A stretch of 64,000 nucleotides of DNA from Kiritimatiellia bacterium (GTDB taxonomy: Bacteria > Verrucomicrobiota > Kiritimatiellia > RFP12 > JAAYLN01), in assembly GCA_045603485.1 (NCBI GenBank), contig JAZUMF010000105.1, positions 1,903-65,902 on the forward strand, written 5' to 3'. The notes below the pieces were generated by a model that saw only the letters and a program-made list of their open reading frames with translations, did not search any database and was not told where the DNA came from. Of this stretch, positions 53,416-64,000 are shown one piece after another (the first letter of the stretch is position 1; the number at the start of each line of letters is the position of its first letter). The position numbers and the translations under genes are program-made.

Positions 53416-53808
53416 TTACCAAACCTTGCAAAGAATTTCGCCACCGATACCGGCCTTGCGAGCCTGACGACCACTCATAATTCCCTTTGAAGTGGAGAGA
53501 ATTGTGTGTCCGAGACCGCCGAGGACTATCGGAATGTCGGCAACAGTGCAGTAGCGGCGGAGGCCGGGACGGCTTGTGCGACGAAGACCGCGGATAACAG
53601 GGTTGCCATCCTTGGCGTAGCGAAGCGATATTGTGAACTCGCGCTTGCCGGGACCTTCAACGATGTCGGAGATGTAGCCGTACTCTTTGAGAACACGGGC
53701 AATCTCGCACTTCATCTTTGAGGTTGGAATTGCGACTTCGGGAAGATGCGCCTTCTGCGCATTGCGGATGCGTGTAAGCATATCCGCGATTGGATCTGAC
53801 ATACTCAT
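53416..53808 (-). CDS. rpsH: 30S ribosomal protein S8
   Basis: MSMSDPIADMLTRIRNA. Confidence 0.9.
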   Translation of the reverse strand: MSMSDPIADMLTRIRNAQKAHLPEVAIPTSKMKCEIARVLKEYGYISDIVEGPGKREFTISLRYAKDGNPVIRGLRRTSRPGLRRYCTVADIPIVLGGLGHTILSTSKGIMSGRQARKAGIGGEILCKVW

Positions 53809-53820
53809 TGTGTCGTTCTC

Positions 53821-54006
53821 CTACCAGCTGGCCTTGGTGACGCCGGGAATCTGCCCGGACAGCGCCAGTTCACGGAAGCAAAGACGGCAGAGCTTGAACT
53901 TGCGGATAACTGAATGCGGACGACCGCAACGAGAGCAGCGGGTATAGCCGCGAGAGCTGAACTTAGGCTTGCGTGAAGCCTTGACGATCAAACATGTCTT
54001 AGCCAC
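53821..54006 (-). CDS. rpsN: 30S ribosomal protein S14 type Z (Zn-binding, 61 aa)
   Basis: CSRCGRP...CRLCFRE gives four Cys. Confidence 0.9.
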   Translation of the reverse strand: MAKTCLIVKASRKPKFSSRGYTRCSRCGRPHSVIRKFKLCRLCFRELALSGQIPGVTKASW

Positions 54007-54017
54007 AGGTTGACTCC

Positions 54018-54563
54018 TTACTTATTCTTGTTCCTGCCAGCGAAAGGCAGACCGAGGAGAGTGAGAAGCTCTTTAGCCATCTTATCATCGCCGGTCGTGC
54101 AGATCGTGATATCCATACCCTTTTCAACGGGAACCTGTGTCGCGTCGATTTCAGGGAATGTGGTCTGGTCCTTAAGACCAAATGTGTAATTGCCACGGCC
54201 GTCAAAGCCGCGGACGGGGAGACCGCGGAAGTCGCGGATACGGGGAAGCGTGACATTGAAAAGACGATCGAGAAACTCGTACATCTTCTCGCCGCGGAGT
54301 GTAGACTTCGCACCGATTACCATACCTTCACGCAACTTGAAGTTTGACACGCTCTTGCGAGCGCGGCAAAGCAAAGGCTGCTGACCGGTGATGGCTGCAA
54401 GCTCTTCAACGAGCTTTTTCTGAACGTCCTTTTCGACAATGCCGAAGCCCATGTTAATGACGACCTTCGAAACCTTGGGGACGAGCATAACATTCTTGAG
54501 GTCGAGCTTCTCGACCAGCTTAGGCACCACTTCTGTGGTATATTTATCCTTCAACCTGGACAT
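54018..54563 (-). CDS. rplE: 50S ribosomal protein L5
   Basis: MSRLKDKY... size and position. Confidence 0.9.
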   Translation of the reverse strand: MSRLKDKYTTEVVPKLVEKLDLKNVMLVPKVSKVVINMGFGIVEKDVQKKLVEELAAITGQQPLLCRARKSVSNFKLREGMVIGAKSTLRGEKMYEFLDRLFNVTLPRIRDFRGLPVRGFDGRGNYTFGLKDQTTFPEIDATQVPVEKGMDITICTTGDDKMAKELLTLLGLPFAGRNKNK

Positions 54564-54576
54564 AAGTTCCTCTCAA

Positions 54577-54891
54577 TTAGAATATGCGGCCAGTACCCTT
54601 GGCCTTGCGGACGAACTTGTCGCCCTCCTTGACGCGCGAAATGCGGACGCCCTTCTTTGCACCCTCATCGTAAGGCATAAGCTTGCAAAGGCGAATTGGA
54701 GCCTCAAACTCCTGAAAGCCGCCGTTGGGGTTCTCCTGAGAGCGACGAACCGCACGCTTTACGATGTTAATGCCTTCGACAACCGCCGTATCATCAGCAG
54801 GCTTGACAGACTTGACTGTACCGGTCTTGCCGGCATACTCGCCAGAGATGACAATTACGGTGTCGCCCTTCTTAATTCTTGCGATGCTCAT
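54577..54891 (-). CDS. rplX: 50S ribosomal protein L24
   Basis: KOW motif IKKGDTVIVISG. Confidence 0.9.
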   Translation of the reverse strand: MSIARIKKGDTVIVISGEYAGKTGTVKSVKPADDTAVVEGINIVKRAVRRSQENPNGGFQEFEAPIRLCKLMPYDEGAKKGVRISRVKEGDKFVRKAKGTGRIF

Positions 54892-54912
54892 TATATAAGC
54901 TCCTATTCCGTA

Positions 54913-55278
54913 TTAGACCACTTCGGGCGCCATAGAAACAACCTTGGCGCAGACGGAATCGCGAAGTTCACGAGCGACGGGCCCGAATACGCGGGTACCG
55001 ATCGGATTGAACTTTGCATCAACGATAACGCAAGCGTTCTGGTCAAAGGAGAGTGTAGAACCATCCTTGCGGCGGATGGGAGCAGCTGTACGGACGATAA
55101 CCGCCAAGCAAACTTGACCCTTCTTGACAGCACCAGTCGGTGTGGCTTCACGGATAGAAACCTTGATTACATCACCGATGTGGGCAAATTCCTTGCGCTG
55201 ACCAAGCACGCGGAAGCACTTTGCAATCTTTGCACCAGTATTATCCGCAACGACGAGATTGGACTCTTCACGAATCAT
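54913..55278 (-). CDS. rplN: 50S ribosomal protein L14
   Basis: MIREESNLVVADNTGAK. Confidence 0.9.
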   Translation of the reverse strand: MIREESNLVVADNTGAKIAKCFRVLGQRKEFAHIGDVIKVSIREATPTGAVKKGQVCLAVIVRTAAPIRRKDGSTLSFDQNACVIVDAKFNPIGTRVFGPVARELRDSVCAKVVSMAPEVV

Positions 55279-55287
55279 GACAACCCC

Positions 55288-55563
55288 CTATTCCTTGGAC
55301 TCGGCGATTTTCGCCGTTACGCGCCAACGCTTTGTCTTGCTGATGGGGCGGCATGCGACAATCTCGACCATGTCACCGACATTGCAAACATTATTTGCGT
55401 CTTCGCAGTGGTATTTCTTGAACTGACGTACGACCTTGCCGTACACAGGATGCGGGAGGCGACGCTCGCCACGGACGACGACTGACTTGTCGCCGCTCTT
55501 GCTGATGACGATGCCCTTGCGGGTGTCCCTAACGCCGCGCTGATTTTTGACTTCTTCGCTCAT
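55288..55563 (-). CDS. rpsQ: 30S ribosomal protein S17
   Basis: ...RKGIVISKSGDKSVVV... Confidence 0.9.
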   Translation of the reverse strand: MSEEVKNQRGVRDTRKGIVISKSGDKSVVVRGERRLPHPVYGKVVRQFKKYHCEDANNVCNVGDMVEIVACRPISKTKRWRVTAKIAESKE

Positions 55564-55565
55564 GG

Positions 55566-55760
55566 CTACTTGTGCTCCTTCTCGGATGCAATCGTAAGCA
55601 TGCGGGCGACATCACGCCTCATGCCGCGGATCTTGCCGTAGTTATCAACGGTAATGCCGCTTTGCTTCCTCATGCGCATGGTGGAAACCTCGCGCTGGGT
55701 CTCGCGGACCTTCTGCGCCAGCTCTTCGGCGCTGAGTTCTCTTAGATCTTTCGCTTTCAT
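55566..55760 (-). CDS. rpmC: 50S ribosomal protein L29
   Basis: MKAKDLRELSAEEL. Confidence 0.85.
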   Translation of the reverse strand: MKAKDLRELSAEELAQKVRETQREVSTMRMRKQSGITVDNYGKIRGMRRDVARMLTIASEKEHK

Positions 55761-55803
55761 TGTTGGCTCCGGCGCCCCTTGCAGGGCGCGTGGTCACTAT
55801 TGG

Positions 55804-56217
55804 CTATTGTTCGCGGGACACAAGCTGCGTCCTGATACCGAGTTTCGTGTCGGCGAGGCGTAAGCACTCGCGTGCGATTGCCTCGGGGACGCCGCCAATT
55901 TCGAAGAGAACCTTACCAGGGAGGACAACGGCAACCCAAAACTCGGGGTTACCCTTGCCGCCGCCCATACGGACGCCGATAGGCTTCTTCGTGACAGGTT
56001 TGTCTGGGAAAATACGAACCCAAAGCTTACCCTTACGCTTCATGAATCGGTTCATGACAACGCGGCATGCTTCAATCTGGGTGCTCTTGATCCAACCGCG
56101 GGAAAGAGCCTTGATACCGTAATCACCGTATGCAAGTGTAGCACCAGATGTTGCAAAACCTTTGCGGTTACCTTTAGTCTGCTTGCGGTATTTAACGCGC
56201 TTAGGCATTAGGGGCAT
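55804..56217 (-). CDS. rplP: 50S ribosomal protein L16
   Basis: [10 protein letters not shown] (internal Met likely the true start). Confidence 0.9.
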   Translation of the reverse strand: MPLMPKRVKYRKQTKGNRKGFATSGATLAYGDYGIKALSRGWIKSTQIEACRVVMNRFMKRKGKLWVRIFPDKPVTKKPIGVRMGGGKGNPEFWVAVVLPGKVLFEIGGVPEAIARECLRLADTKLGIRTQLVSREQ

Positions 56218-56878
56218 GGTTCTTCCTCCTTTGCGAGGTCATACGAGGCTTGAAATCCTCTGGCTTGCAAATCCAAACCTTAACACCGATCTTACCGGCT
56301 GTGGTGTTAGCTTCAGCAAAACCGTACTCGATATTTGCACGAAGTGTGTGAAGAGGAATCTTACCTTCCTTCATCCACTCGACGCGTGAGAGTTCGGCAT
56401 TGTTGATACGACCGGAGCAACGAACCTTGATGCCGTCGACACCCATATCCATTGCGACCTTCTCGGCGCGCTTGAGAGCACGGCGAAGAGCAACGCGGTG
56501 TTCGATCTGAGAAGCAATGTTCTCTGCTACGAGCTGAGCATTGACATCGGCATCACGGACTTCGTGAATCTCGAAATAGATCTGCTTGCCAGTCATCTTG
56601 GCAAGACGCTGTGAAAGCTTGTCAATGTCGGTGTCGCCCTTCTTGCCAACGATAACGCCGGCACGGGCGGAATAAATGTTGATGCGGACGCGGTTTGCGT
56701 AACGCTCGATCTCAACCTTGGCAATAGCCGCGGCCTTGAGCTCCTTCGTAACGGCTTCGCGAATCTTCTGGTCCTCTGCAAGAAGATCACCAAAGTGCTT
56801 CTTGTCGCTGAACCACCTCGAACGCCACTGCTTATCCAGGGCGATACGGAAGCCGATCGGATTAACTTTCTGTCCCAA
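56201..56878 (-). CDS. rpsC: 30S ribosomal protein S3
   Basis: [11 protein letters not shown] with KH domain. Confidence 0.9.
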   Translation of the reverse strand: MGQKVNPIGFRIALDKQWRSRWFSDKKHFGDLLAEDQKIREAVTKELKAAAIAKVEIERYANRVRINIYSARAGVIVGKKGDTDIDKLSQRLAKMTGKQIYFEIHEVRDADVNAQLVAENIASQIEHRVALRRALKRAEKVAMDMGVDGIKVRCSGRINNAELSRVEWMKEGKIPLHTLRANIEYGFAEANTTAGKIGVKVWICKPEDFKPRMTSQRRKNHAPNA

Positions 56879-56895
56879 TTTGGGCTCCTTCCTAA

Positions 56896-57237
56896 TTAAA
56901 GTTTGACACTATCGGTCAAGATAACCTTGACGTGGCACAAGCGACGGGCGATCGGACTTGCCGAGCCACGGGCGCGGGGCCAATGGCGGCGCATGCGGGT
57001 GCCTTCGTCGAAGACGGCGAGCTTGACGACGAGACCGTCAACGTCAAGACCGTGGTTGTTAGCGGCATTGGCGACTGCGGACTTGATAGTCTTCTCGAGG
57101 TGGAATGCAGCCTTCAGTGGGCTGAAAGCCGTAATATTGAGGGCCTCTGAAACTGACTTGCCCTGAACTTCGCGCGCCAAAGGACGACCCTTCTGGGCCG
57201 AGAGACGCACATTGCGAGTAATTGCGGAAACTTCCAT
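56896..57237 (-). CDS. rplV: 50S ribosomal protein L22
   Basis: Size and position; ...RLSAQKGR... Confidence 0.85.
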   Translation of the reverse strand: MEVSAITRNVRLSAQKGRPLAREVQGKSVSEALNITAFSPLKAAFHLEKTIKSAVANAANNHGLDVDGLVVKLAVFDEGTRMRRHWPRARGSASPIARRLCHVKVILTDSVKL

Positions 57238-57252
57238 GTCAATACACCTGCT

Positions 57253-57531
57253 TTACTTGGTTGCCTTGACCGTGGTTGCACCGTGAGCCTTGAATAGGCG
57301 GGTGGGGGCAAATTCGCCGAGTCGGTGACCGACCATATTCTCGTTCACGAAAACGGAAACATGCTGCTTGCCGTTGTGAACATTGAATGTCAGACCAACG
57401 AACTCAGGCAGAATCATTGACCGGCGAGACCAGGTCTTGATAGGCTGCGGACGACTGCTCTGCTTCTGCTGCTCGGCCTTGGCGAGGAGCTTGGCATCGA
57501 CAAAAGGCCCTTTCTTAATTGAACGTCCCAT
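57253..57531 (-). CDS. rpsS: 30S ribosomal protein S19
   Basis: [12 protein letters not shown]. Confidence 0.9.
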   Translation of the reverse strand: MGRSIKKGPFVDAKLLAKAEQQKQSSRPQPIKTWSRRSMILPEFVGLTFNVHNGKQHVSVFVNENMVGHRLGEFAPTRLFKAHGATTVKATK

Positions 57532-57534
57532 CTG

Positions 57535-58359
57535 TTACTTCCTCCGCTTCATAATGACCTTATCCGAAGCCTTACGAGGCTTGCGGGTCTTGCCGCCCTT
57601 GGCAAGCTTGCCCCACGGAGAGCGTGGGTTTCCGCCACCAGAGGTACGGCCTTCGCCACCGCCCATGGGGTGGTCGACAGGGTTCATGGCAACACCGCGA
57701 ACTGTAGGACGAATGCCCAACCAGCGTTTACGGCCTGCCTTACCAAACTTAACACCTTCCCATTCGCCATTGCCGACGGAACCGACTGTTGCAAGGCAAC
57801 GGGCAAGAACGCGACGGATTTCGCCAGAGGGGAGACGGAGTGTGACCCAATCTCCATCCTTGGCCTGTACCTGGCAAGCGTTGCCGGCACTACGGGCGAT
57901 GCGGGCACCTGCACCTGGAACGAGCTCTACGGCATGAACTGACATTCCCAAAGGAATCTTTGAGAGAGGAAGTGCATTACCGACTGTTGGCTCGGCATCA
58001 GGACCGGAAAGAAGAAGCTGACCGACCTTCAAGCCTTCAGGGGCGAGGATGTAGCGCTTTTCGCCGTCCAAGTAATTGAGAAGTGCGATATTCGCTGTAC
58101 GGTTTGGATCATACTCAATCGTAGCAACCTTGGCAGGAATACCAACCTTGTCGCGACGGAAGTCGATGATACGATAGCGACGCTTGCAGCCGCCGCCGTG
58201 GTGACGGGTCGTGATGCGACCCTGATTGTTGCGACCAGCGGTCTTGCGCTTGGCAACGGTCAAGCCACGCTCTGGCGTAGCCGTAGAAAGCTCGGAGAAA
58301 TCCTGTGAAACACGGAATCTCTGACCTTCTGATCTTGGTTTATAACTCTTCAAGCCCAT
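57535..58359 (-). CDS. rplB: 50S ribosomal protein L2
   Basis: ...[13 protein letters not shown]... Confidence 0.9.
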   Translation of the reverse strand: MGLKSYKPRSEGQRFRVSQDFSELSTATPERGLTVAKRKTAGRNNQGRITTRHHGGGCKRRYRIIDFRRDKVGIPAKVATIEYDPNRTANIALLNYLDGEKRYILAPEGLKVGQLLLSGPDAEPTVGNALPLSKIPLGMSVHAVELVPGAGARIARSAGNACQVQAKDGDWVTLRLPSGEIRRVLARCLATVGSVGNGEWEGVKFGKAGRKRWLGIRPTVRGVAMNPVDHPMGGGEGRTSGGGNPRSPWGKLAKGGKTRKPRKASDKVIMKRRK

Positions 58360-58377
58360 TTTTTAGCCTCCGGCAGA

Positions 58378-58656
58378 TTAGACTGCCTCGATGCGCTCGC
58401 CGGCCTTGAGGGTGACAATCGCGCGCTTCCAATCGGAAGCCTGCACGATGCGGCGATTGCGGAGCATGCGCTTTTTGCCCGCATAGTTCTGGGTGTTCAC
58501 AGCGAGGACGTGAACGCCAAACATGGCTTCAACGGCCTTGCGAATCTCAAGCTTGTTAGCTTCAGGGGCGACCTCGACGATGTACTGGTTCGCCTCTGCG
58601 AGCAGCGTGCCCTTCTCAGACACCTGTACCTTCTTAATCACATCGGCAGGACTCAT
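58378..58656 (-). CDS. rplW: 50S ribosomal protein L23
   Basis: Size and position; ...KVQVSEK... Confidence 0.85.
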   Translation of the reverse strand: MSPADVIKKVQVSEKGTLLAEANQYIVEVAPEANKLEIRKAVEAMFGVHVLAVNTQNYAGKKRMLRNRRIVQASDWKRAIVTLKAGERIEAV

Positions 58657-59288
58657 GCCGACACCTCCTTGCTCATACGGGCCTTGAGAAGCTCAAGACC
58701 TTCCTTTGTAGCGAGGATTGAGCGAGCCTGAAGGAGAGAGTAGACATCAACCTGCTTGGCTGTGAGAACCTCGACATCAGGAATGTTGCGGATTGCAAGC
58801 TCAACCTTCTCATCAAACTTATCGGTGATAACAAGGACGCGGCCCTCAAGACCCATGGTCTTGACGAGGGTGGCTACAGTCTTTGTCTTGCCATCGGTGG
58901 GGAGAGCATCAATGACACTGACCTTGCCCTCGGCAATCTGAGCGCTCAGAGCATGGCGGAATGCCAAGCTGGCGACCTTCTTGTTAATCTTCTGGTCATA
59001 GGAATGGGGCTTGGGGCCCATTGCAATGCCGCCGCCGACCCAAACCGGTGAGCGTGTGAAACCAGAGCGAGCACGACCGGTGCCCTTCTGCTTCCAAGGC
59101 TTCCTGTTTGTACCGCTGACTTCGCCCTTGCCGAGCGTCGAAGCGGAACCCGCACGACGCGCTGCGAGAGTAGCAACGACAACATCCTTGACCGCCTGGT
59201 CGCCCTTATCGAGGACCAGGAGCTCATCTGCGAAATCGATTTCGCCGAGCGTTGCGCCTTCTGCGCTGAATGATTTAATCTTGCTCAT
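58653..59288 (-). CDS. rplD: 50S ribosomal protein L4
   Basis: ...RKPWKQKGTGRARSG... Confidence 0.9.
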   Translation of the reverse strand: MSKIKSFSAEGATLGEIDFADELLVLDKGDQAVKDVVVATLAARRAGSASTLGKGEVSGTNRKPWKQKGTGRARSGFTRSPVWVGGGIAMGPKPHSYDQKINKKVASLAFRHALSAQIAEGKVSVIDALPTDGKTKTVATLVKTMGLEGRVLVITDKFDEKVELAIRNIPDVEVLTAKQVDVYSLLQARSILATKEGLELLKARMSKEVSA

Positions 59289-59291
59289 TGC

Positions 59292-59921
59292 TTACGCCTT
59301 CTTCAGTGCCTTGCGCACGATAACAGTGGCACCCGAAGGACCGGGAACTGCACCGCGGACAAGCAATACATTGTCGTCCTTACGGACCTGGACAACCGCA
59401 AGGTTACGGGCTGTGACTTTTACCGCGCCCATGTGACCCGGCATACGCTTGCCCTTGGCGATCCAACCTGGAAGGTCACGCTCACCGATTGAACCAATAC
59501 GGCGCTTAGAGTGACCACCGTGGCCGTGAGGACCACCACCCATACGGTAGCGACGAACAACACCGGCGAAGCCGCGACCCTTGGAGATCGCTGTAACATC
59601 GACGAGAGCCGTGCCATCAAAAATATCTACTCCGAGAGTATCACCGACCTTAACCTCGGCACCTTCGGGATCGAACTCGTGTAATTCCTTACAAGGGGCG
59701 ACACCTGCCTTCTCGAAGCGAGTGCGAACCGCCTTGGTGAGACGCTGTGGCTTTTGGGGACCAAAACCAACCTGGACGGCATCATAGCCGTCGGCGCCAT
59801 CCTTCGTCTTAACCTGGACGACTGGGCAGGGGCCGACCTCGAGGACGGTTACGGGGACACGACGGCCCTCCGCATCCCAAACCTGGGTCATGCCAATCTT
59901 CTTGCCAATTAGACCATTCAT
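59292..59921 (-). CDS. rplC: 50S ribosomal protein L3
   Basis: MNGLIGKKIGMTQVW. Confidence 0.9.
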   Translation of the reverse strand: MNGLIGKKIGMTQVWDAEGRRVPVTVLEVGPCPVVQVKTKDGADGYDAVQVGFGPQKPQRLTKAVRTRFEKAGVAPCKELHEFDPEGAEVKVGDTLGVDIFDGTALVDVTAISKGRGFAGVVRRYRMGGGPHGHGGHSKRRIGSIGERDLPGWIAKGKRMPGHMGAVKVTARNLAVVQVRKDDNVLLVRGAVPGPSGATVIVRKALKKA

Positions 59922-59939
59922 CGTAATTCACCGCTTTCT

Positions 59940-60248
59940 TTAGATGCGGATCTGGATATCGACGCCAGCGGGGAGGTTGAGCTTTTTGAGCTCGTCAACC
60001 GTCTTCGCCGTCGGGCTGACGATGTCTACCAGACGCTTGTGAGTACGCATCTCGAACTGATCCATCGACTTCTTGTCGACGTGGGGACTGCGGTTAACAG
60101 TCCAACGCTCGATGCGAGTGGGCAGGGGGACCGGACCGACGACACGGGCGCCCGAACCGCGGGCTGTGTCGATAATGCTTAATACGGCCTGATCCAAAAC
60201 CCTGTGATCATAGGCCTGCAACCTTATGCGTATGCGCTGACTTTGCAT
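59940..60248 (-). CDS. rpsJ: 30S ribosomal protein S10
   Basis: [20 protein letters not shown]. Confidence 0.9.
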   Translation of the reverse strand: MQSQRIRIRLQAYDHRVLDQAVLSIIDTARGSGARVVGPVPLPTRIERWTVNRSPHVDKKSMDQFEMRTHKRLVDIVSPTAKTVDELKKLNLPAGVDIQIRI

Positions 60249-60259
60249 GCTTTTACCGC

Positions 60260-62377
60260 TTACCTGTTTAACAACTGTTCCTTGACCGAGCGGGGCGCAA
60301 CTGCAAACTCGCCTGGCTCCATCGTATAGCTTGCGCGACCACGCGAAAGCGAACGAATGACCGTGGAGTATCCAAAGAGCTCCGCCAGTGGAACTTCGGC
60401 AGACACGACCTTCGTGTCACCGCGTTCCTCCATGTCGCGCACCTGACCGCGGCGCGCGTTTACGTCACCGATTACCTCACCGACATACTCGGCTGGGGTC
60501 ACAATGACGAGCCTCATGATTGGCTCTAGCAATTCCGGGGTCGCAGCTGTAGCGGCTTCGCGGAAAGCCATTACGGCAGCTGAACGGAAGGCTATTGGAG
60601 ATGCGCTATCCGGCTCACCCAATTCTACTCCCGTGACCTTGACTGCTAAATCCATCATCGGATAACGAGCAAGCACACCCGTGCTGACGCCATCCGTGAG
60701 TCCCGCTTCGACAGCCTCACGAAGCTCTTCCGAGAGTTCACGACAGGCGCTGTCTGCGTCTATCGCAATCCCCTCCCCGCGCTTACGGGGGCTGATTTCA
60801 ACCGCGACTCCTGCAAACAAACGCTTGCCTGCAATCTCGCGGTCAAAGACCGCCTTGCCGGCACCCTGTGCCGAGACAGTCTCGTAGTAGGAAACCATGG
60901 GCTTGCCGGTATTGGCCGCCACATGGAACTCGCGACGCAAGCGATCCACCAAAATCTCAAGGTGAAGCTCGCCCATGCCGCTTAAAATCGTCTGCCCGCT
61001 CTCGGCATCCTCGCGCACGACGCAGGTCGGATCCTCCGACGCCAGCAATTCAAGCGAAGATGTGAGCTTATCGCGATCTGCACGCGATTTGGGCTCGATT
61101 GCCATAAACATCACAGGCTCTGGAGCAGTGATGCTCTCCAAGACAATCGGAATATTCTCTGCGCACAATGTGTCGCCGGTCGTTGCTCCCTTGAGACCAA
61201 CAATGGCGCCAATCTCACCCGCACCAAGCTCCTCAACCTCAATCTGAGAATCAGCCTGAAGTCTGACAAGCTTGAGGATACGCTCGCGCTTGCGAGTGCG
61301 GGGATTGTAAACATTCTGACCTTTTTTCAAAACGCCAGAGTATACTCGTGCAAAGAAAAGGCGACCGACAAAAGAATCTGTCGCAATCTTAAAGACCAAA
61401 GCGGTGAGAAGAGGGTCTGTGCACTCACGGGACTTCTTCTCCTCAGTCTTTGGATCCATACCCTCAATCGCCGGTCTGTCAGCCGGTGAAGGGAGGAAAT
61501 CGACAACTGCGTCAAGGAGAGGCTGCACACCCTTGTTCTTGAGCGAAGAACCGCAAAGAACCGGAACCACGCGACCTGAAAGCGTAGCCCTGCGAATTGC
61601 AGGGCGAAGCTTCTCAGCTGAAATCTCGGGATTCTCAAGGTACTCCTCAATAAGCTCCTCGTCGTCGCCAGCAATCACTTCAACCAATTCGGCACGAGCA
61701 AGCTTGGCATCATCGAGAAGCTCATCGGGAATATCAACAACCTCAATAGTCGACCCGTTGTCGGAATCATTGTAAACAAGAGCCTTCATCTCAAGAAGGT
61801 CAATCGTTCCCTTGAAAGCATCAGCGGCTCCCCAAGGAAGCGCCATAGGAACGGGAACGGCACCAAGCTTTGTGCGGATCTCTTCAACAGCTTTGCTGAA
61901 GTCGGCACCCATGCGGTCCATCTTGTTTACAAAGACAATACGAGGAACATGATAACGGTCAGCCTGATGCCAAACCGTCTCAGATTGGGGCTGCACGCCG
62001 CCAACCGCACAGAATACGCAGACCGCGCCGTCGAGAACACGGAGACTGCGCTCAACTTCCATCGTAAAGTCAACATGACCAGGAGTGTCAATGATGTTTA
62101 TGGAGTGATCCTTCCACCCGCAAGAGATAGCAGCCGACTGGATTGTGATGCCGCGCTCACGCTCCTGCACCATAAAATCAGTCACTGTATTTCCATCATC
62201 GACATTACCGATGCGATGCGAATTACCTGCGTAGAAAAGGATACGCTCGGTAGTCGTGGTCTTACCGGCATCGATATGAGCGACAATGCCAATATTGCGG
62301 ATAATAGACAAAGCGGAGGCAACGCCAACTGCACCGGCGTTCCCCTTCTTGTTTGTCTTATCCGCAAATTGAGCCAT
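60260..62377 (-). CDS. fusA: Elongation factor G
   Basis: 705 aa, [15 protein letters not shown] with G1-G5 motifs. Confidence 0.9.
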   Translation of the reverse strand: MAQFADKTNKKGNAGAVGVASALSIIRNIGIVAHIDAGKTTTTERILFYAGNSHRIGNVDDGNTVTDFMVQERERGITIQSAAISCGWKDHSINIIDTPGHVDFTMEVERSLRVLDGAVCVFCAVGGVQPQSETVWHQADRYHVPRIVFVNKMDRMGADFSKAVEEIRTKLGAVPVPMALPWGAADAFKGTIDLLEMKALVYNDSDNGSTIEVVDIPDELLDDAKLARAELVEVIAGDDEELIEEYLENPEISAEKLRPAIRRATLSGRVVPVLCGSSLKNKGVQPLLDAVVDFLPSPADRPAIEGMDPKTEEKKSRECTDPLLTALVFKIATDSFVGRLFFARVYSGVLKKGQNVYNPRTRKRERILKLVRLQADSQIEVEELGAGEIGAIVGLKGATTGDTLCAENIPIVLESITAPEPVMFMAIEPKSRADRDKLTSSLELLASEDPTCVVREDAESGQTILSGMGELHLEILVDRLRREFHVAANTGKPMVSYYETVSAQGAGKAVFDREIAGKRLFAGVAVEISPRKRGEGIAIDADSACRELSEELREAVEAGLTDGVSTGVLARYPMMDLAVKVTGVELGEPDSASPIAFRSAAVMAFREAATAATPELLEPIMRLVIVTPAEYVGEVIGDVNARRGQVRDMEERGDTKVVSAEVPLAELFGYSTVIRSLSRGRASYTMEPGEFAVAPRSVKEQLLNR

Positions 62378-62398
62378 TATTCCGTCACTCTCGCTCTC

Positions 62399-62869
62399 TT
62401 ACCATGCGTAGTGTGCAAAAGCCTTGTTGGCCTGAGCCATACGGTGGGTGTCATCGCGCTTCTTGATGACATTGCCCTCGCCCTTGTAAGCCTCGAGAAG
62501 CTCAGCTGCTACAGCCTTGGGCATAGGCATACCGCGGCGGGCGCCTGCATACTGAAGCATCCAGCGAAGAGCCATTGAAAGCTGGCGGGCCGGACGAATC
62601 TCAACAGGAACCTGATAGGTGGTACCGCCGACGCGACGAGACTTGACCTCAACTTTCGGCTTCATGTTGCCGATAGCGGTATCAAGCACCTGAAGTGCGT
62701 CTTCACCGGTCTTCTCACCAATCTCTTCGATTGCGCCGTAAACGATACGCTCTGCTGTGGTCATCTTACCGCTCTTCATGATGGTGCGGATAACCTTAGC
62801 GACGAGCTCGCTGTTGTACTTTGGATCAGGCGTAATGCTACGCTTGTAGGATTTGCTCCTTCTTGACAT
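62399..62869 (-). CDS. rpsG: 30S ribosomal protein S7
   Basis: MSRRSKSYKRSITPDPKY. Confidence 0.9.
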   Translation of the reverse strand: MSRRSKSYKRSITPDPKYNSELVAKVIRTIMKSGKMTTAERIVYGAIEEIGEKTGEDALQVLDTAIGNMKPKVEVKSRRVGGTTYQVPVEIRPARQLSMALRWMLQYAGARRGMPMPKAVAAELLEAYKGEGNVIKKRDDTHRMAQANKAFAHYAW

Positions 62870-62890
62870 TTTCTACCTCGCGGATGAATG

Positions 62891-63295
62891 TTACTTGGAG
62901 GCCTTCGCGCGCTTGACGCCGTACTTAGAACGGCTGACCTGGCGGTTAAGCTTATTCGTGTTGGACGGACCTGCGCCACCGAGGGTGTCGAGGGTACCGC
63001 GGACGATGTGATAACGCACGCCAGGAAGGTCCTTGACGCGGCCGCCGCGAACGAGCACAACGCTGTGCTCCTGAAGATTGTGACCTTCGCCGGGGATATA
63101 GGCGGTCACTTCATAACCCGATGTGAGACGCACACGGGCCACTTTGCGCAAAGCAGAGTTAGGCTTCTTAGGTGTCTGCGTCTTAACAAGCAGGCACACG
63201 CCACGACGCTGGGGACAGCTCTTGAGTGCTGGCGACTTCGACTTGTTCGTCAGCTGTTTGCGTCCTTTGCGCACAAGTTGGTTAATTGTAGGCAT
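62891..63295 (-). CDS. rpsL: 30S ribosomal protein S12
   Basis: [12 protein letters not shown]...[11 protein letters not shown]. Confidence 0.9.
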   Translation of the reverse strand: MPTINQLVRKGRKQLTNKSKSPALKSCPQRRGVCLLVKTQTPKKPNSALRKVARVRLTSGYEVTAYIPGEGHNLQEHSVVLVRGGRVKDLPGVRYHIVRGTLDTLGGAGPSNTNKLNRQVSRSKYGVKRAKASK

Positions 63296-63761
63296 TCGTT
63301 TTAATCCTTCCCTTTGGAAAAAAGGACAATTAGTTTACCACAGACGGCATCAACACGCAAGTGAAATTCCGCCTGAGCGCGAAATACACCTTAATCGGCT
63401 TGCCGTATCCGATTATCTGGCATCTCCATTTTTTCAAACTTAAATGCCGTATATTCAGTTTTTAAGCGTTGACCCGGACATCCTGTTCCTCTTACAACGC
63501 ATTCTTAAATTATACTAAATTAGTAAAATTGATGCAAGATTTTTTTAAGCGGCATTACTCACATAGCATTTACCGGCGGTATTGACGCTTATAGAACCCG
63601 CGAAATAATAACAACGGCAAGAGCAATACATACCGCAATCTTCAGTGCCGTACCTGCCAGAAAGCCGAGAAGCGAGCCTAATCCACTGTATCTGACTATT
63701 ACCCTATATATATAGTAAGTTTTTTTTAATAGCGAATCGGTAAAATGAGGTCAGCCACACT

Positions 63762-64000
63762 CTACTTCATACGCTCAATCTTAAACTCATCGATATTCTT
63801 GATCTCAGAGTTAAAGTTTACTCCAACAAGGGTAATCCTCTTGCCAGATTCAAGGAAACGCTCAAAGTATTTCTTCTCCTTAATCTGAGCAAGGGCCTCG
63901 TCAGCTGACGCGTTACGCTTAAACTCCATAATGTAGACATGGTCTGGAGTTTCCATTACCGCGTCAATGCGGCCTTCATTGGTACGGACCTCGGGAGTTA
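63762..64000 (-). CDS. C-terminal fragment of a PD-(D/E)XK nuclease-family protein (DUF1703-type, usually fused to an AAA-ATPase-like N-domain); 5' end beyond the window
   Basis: The frame is open to the window end. ...IDAVMETPDHVYIMEFKRNASADEALAQIKEKKYFERF... matches the conserved C-terminal block of this family. Confidence 0.5.
   Translation of the reverse strand, partial: TPEVRTNEGRIDAVMETPDHVYIMEFKRNASADEALAQIKEKKYFERFLESGKRITLVGVNFNSEIKNIDEFKIERMK

Noticed and set aside
54439-55485. 348-aa plus-strand ORF (and many other 60-150-aa ORFs) antisense to the ribosomal protein genes
   Set aside because: It lies entirely antisense to rplE, rplX, rplN and rpsQ. The translation is low-complexity and Ala/Arg/Leu-rich, typical of spurious ORFs on the opposite strand of GC-rich, highly expressed genes. 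The same applies to 47701-48156, 51932-52315, 52188-52604, 57383-57937 and similar ORFs.
63296-63761. Possible structured leader or small RNA in the 465-nt region upstream of rpsL
   Set aside because: Apart from an A/T-rich tract and a TATATATAG box at ~63700, no clear conserved hairpin or known leader motif could be recognised by eye. It is most likely the str operon promoter region.

Overview
This 64-kb window of a ~50% GC bacterial chromosome has a minus-strand ribosomal super-operon at its 3' end and a patchwork of housekeeping and accessory genes before it. The gene content is consistent with an anaerobic, polysaccharide-degrading, Spirochaetota- or Fibrobacterota-like organism, but the lineage cannot be fixed from sequence alone.

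- **Core block (44.4-63.3 kb, minus strand).** rpsL-rpsG-fusA runs directly into rpsJ with no tuf, then the S10, spc and alpha operons follow in canonical order, ending rpoA-rplQ-rplM-rpsI. The block lacks rpmD and infA and carries a Zn-type S14.
- **5' accessory region (1-2.2 kb).** An AT-rich, 5'-partial BspA-type leucine-rich-repeat gene is followed by a ~930-bp repeat-laden intergenic region with REP-like GGCCTGTCCCC boxes, a ~180-bp tandem unit and (AGGTAAT)n heptad arrays.
- **3-9 kb.** A YfhO-like membrane protein and tsaE precede a V-type ATPase locus that holds only E, a hypothetical protein, A and B.
- **AT-rich island at a tRNA-Ser(CGA) gene (9.6-12.3 kb).** It carries a NERD-domain protein, a small membrane protein, a four-helix-bundle (Avd/IVS-like) protein, three copies of a TTACC/GGTAA hairpin element, and a 208-bp tandem duplication.
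- **12-19 kb.** rlmD, ispA, a Zn-ribbon-EIIA(Ntr) fusion, an esterase and a class-II amidotransferase.
- **19.6-21.6 kb.** Two diverged IS200-like Y1/HUH (RAYT-like) transposase genes lie tail-to-tail with REP-like flanks. One has a CAA codon in place of the ATG start and is 3'-truncated.
- **21.6-32.3 kb.** A carbohydrate-active-enzyme neighbourhood: a clan GH-A hydrolase, an SGNH esterase, a tandem CE4 deacetylase and a GH95-like protein. It also holds an AccD-AccA fusion directly followed by an OadA/BCCP-like biotin protein, plus folE.
- **32-44 kb.** infA, argH, tgt, a sugar-kinase-MurQ fusion, an HTH-EIIA(Ntr) fusion, truA, a phosphoribosyltransferase, an aminotransferase, a TrpR-like protein and a DEAD-box helicase.

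No single feature here is unambiguously a new system. The strongest candidates for novelty are the REP/RAYT repeat system, the hairpin-repeat island at tRNA-Ser, the two EIIA(Ntr) domain fusions, and the AccDA plus OadA-like carboxyltransferase pair. All calls rest on recognising ORF translations and on direct reading of repeats; no database searches were run.
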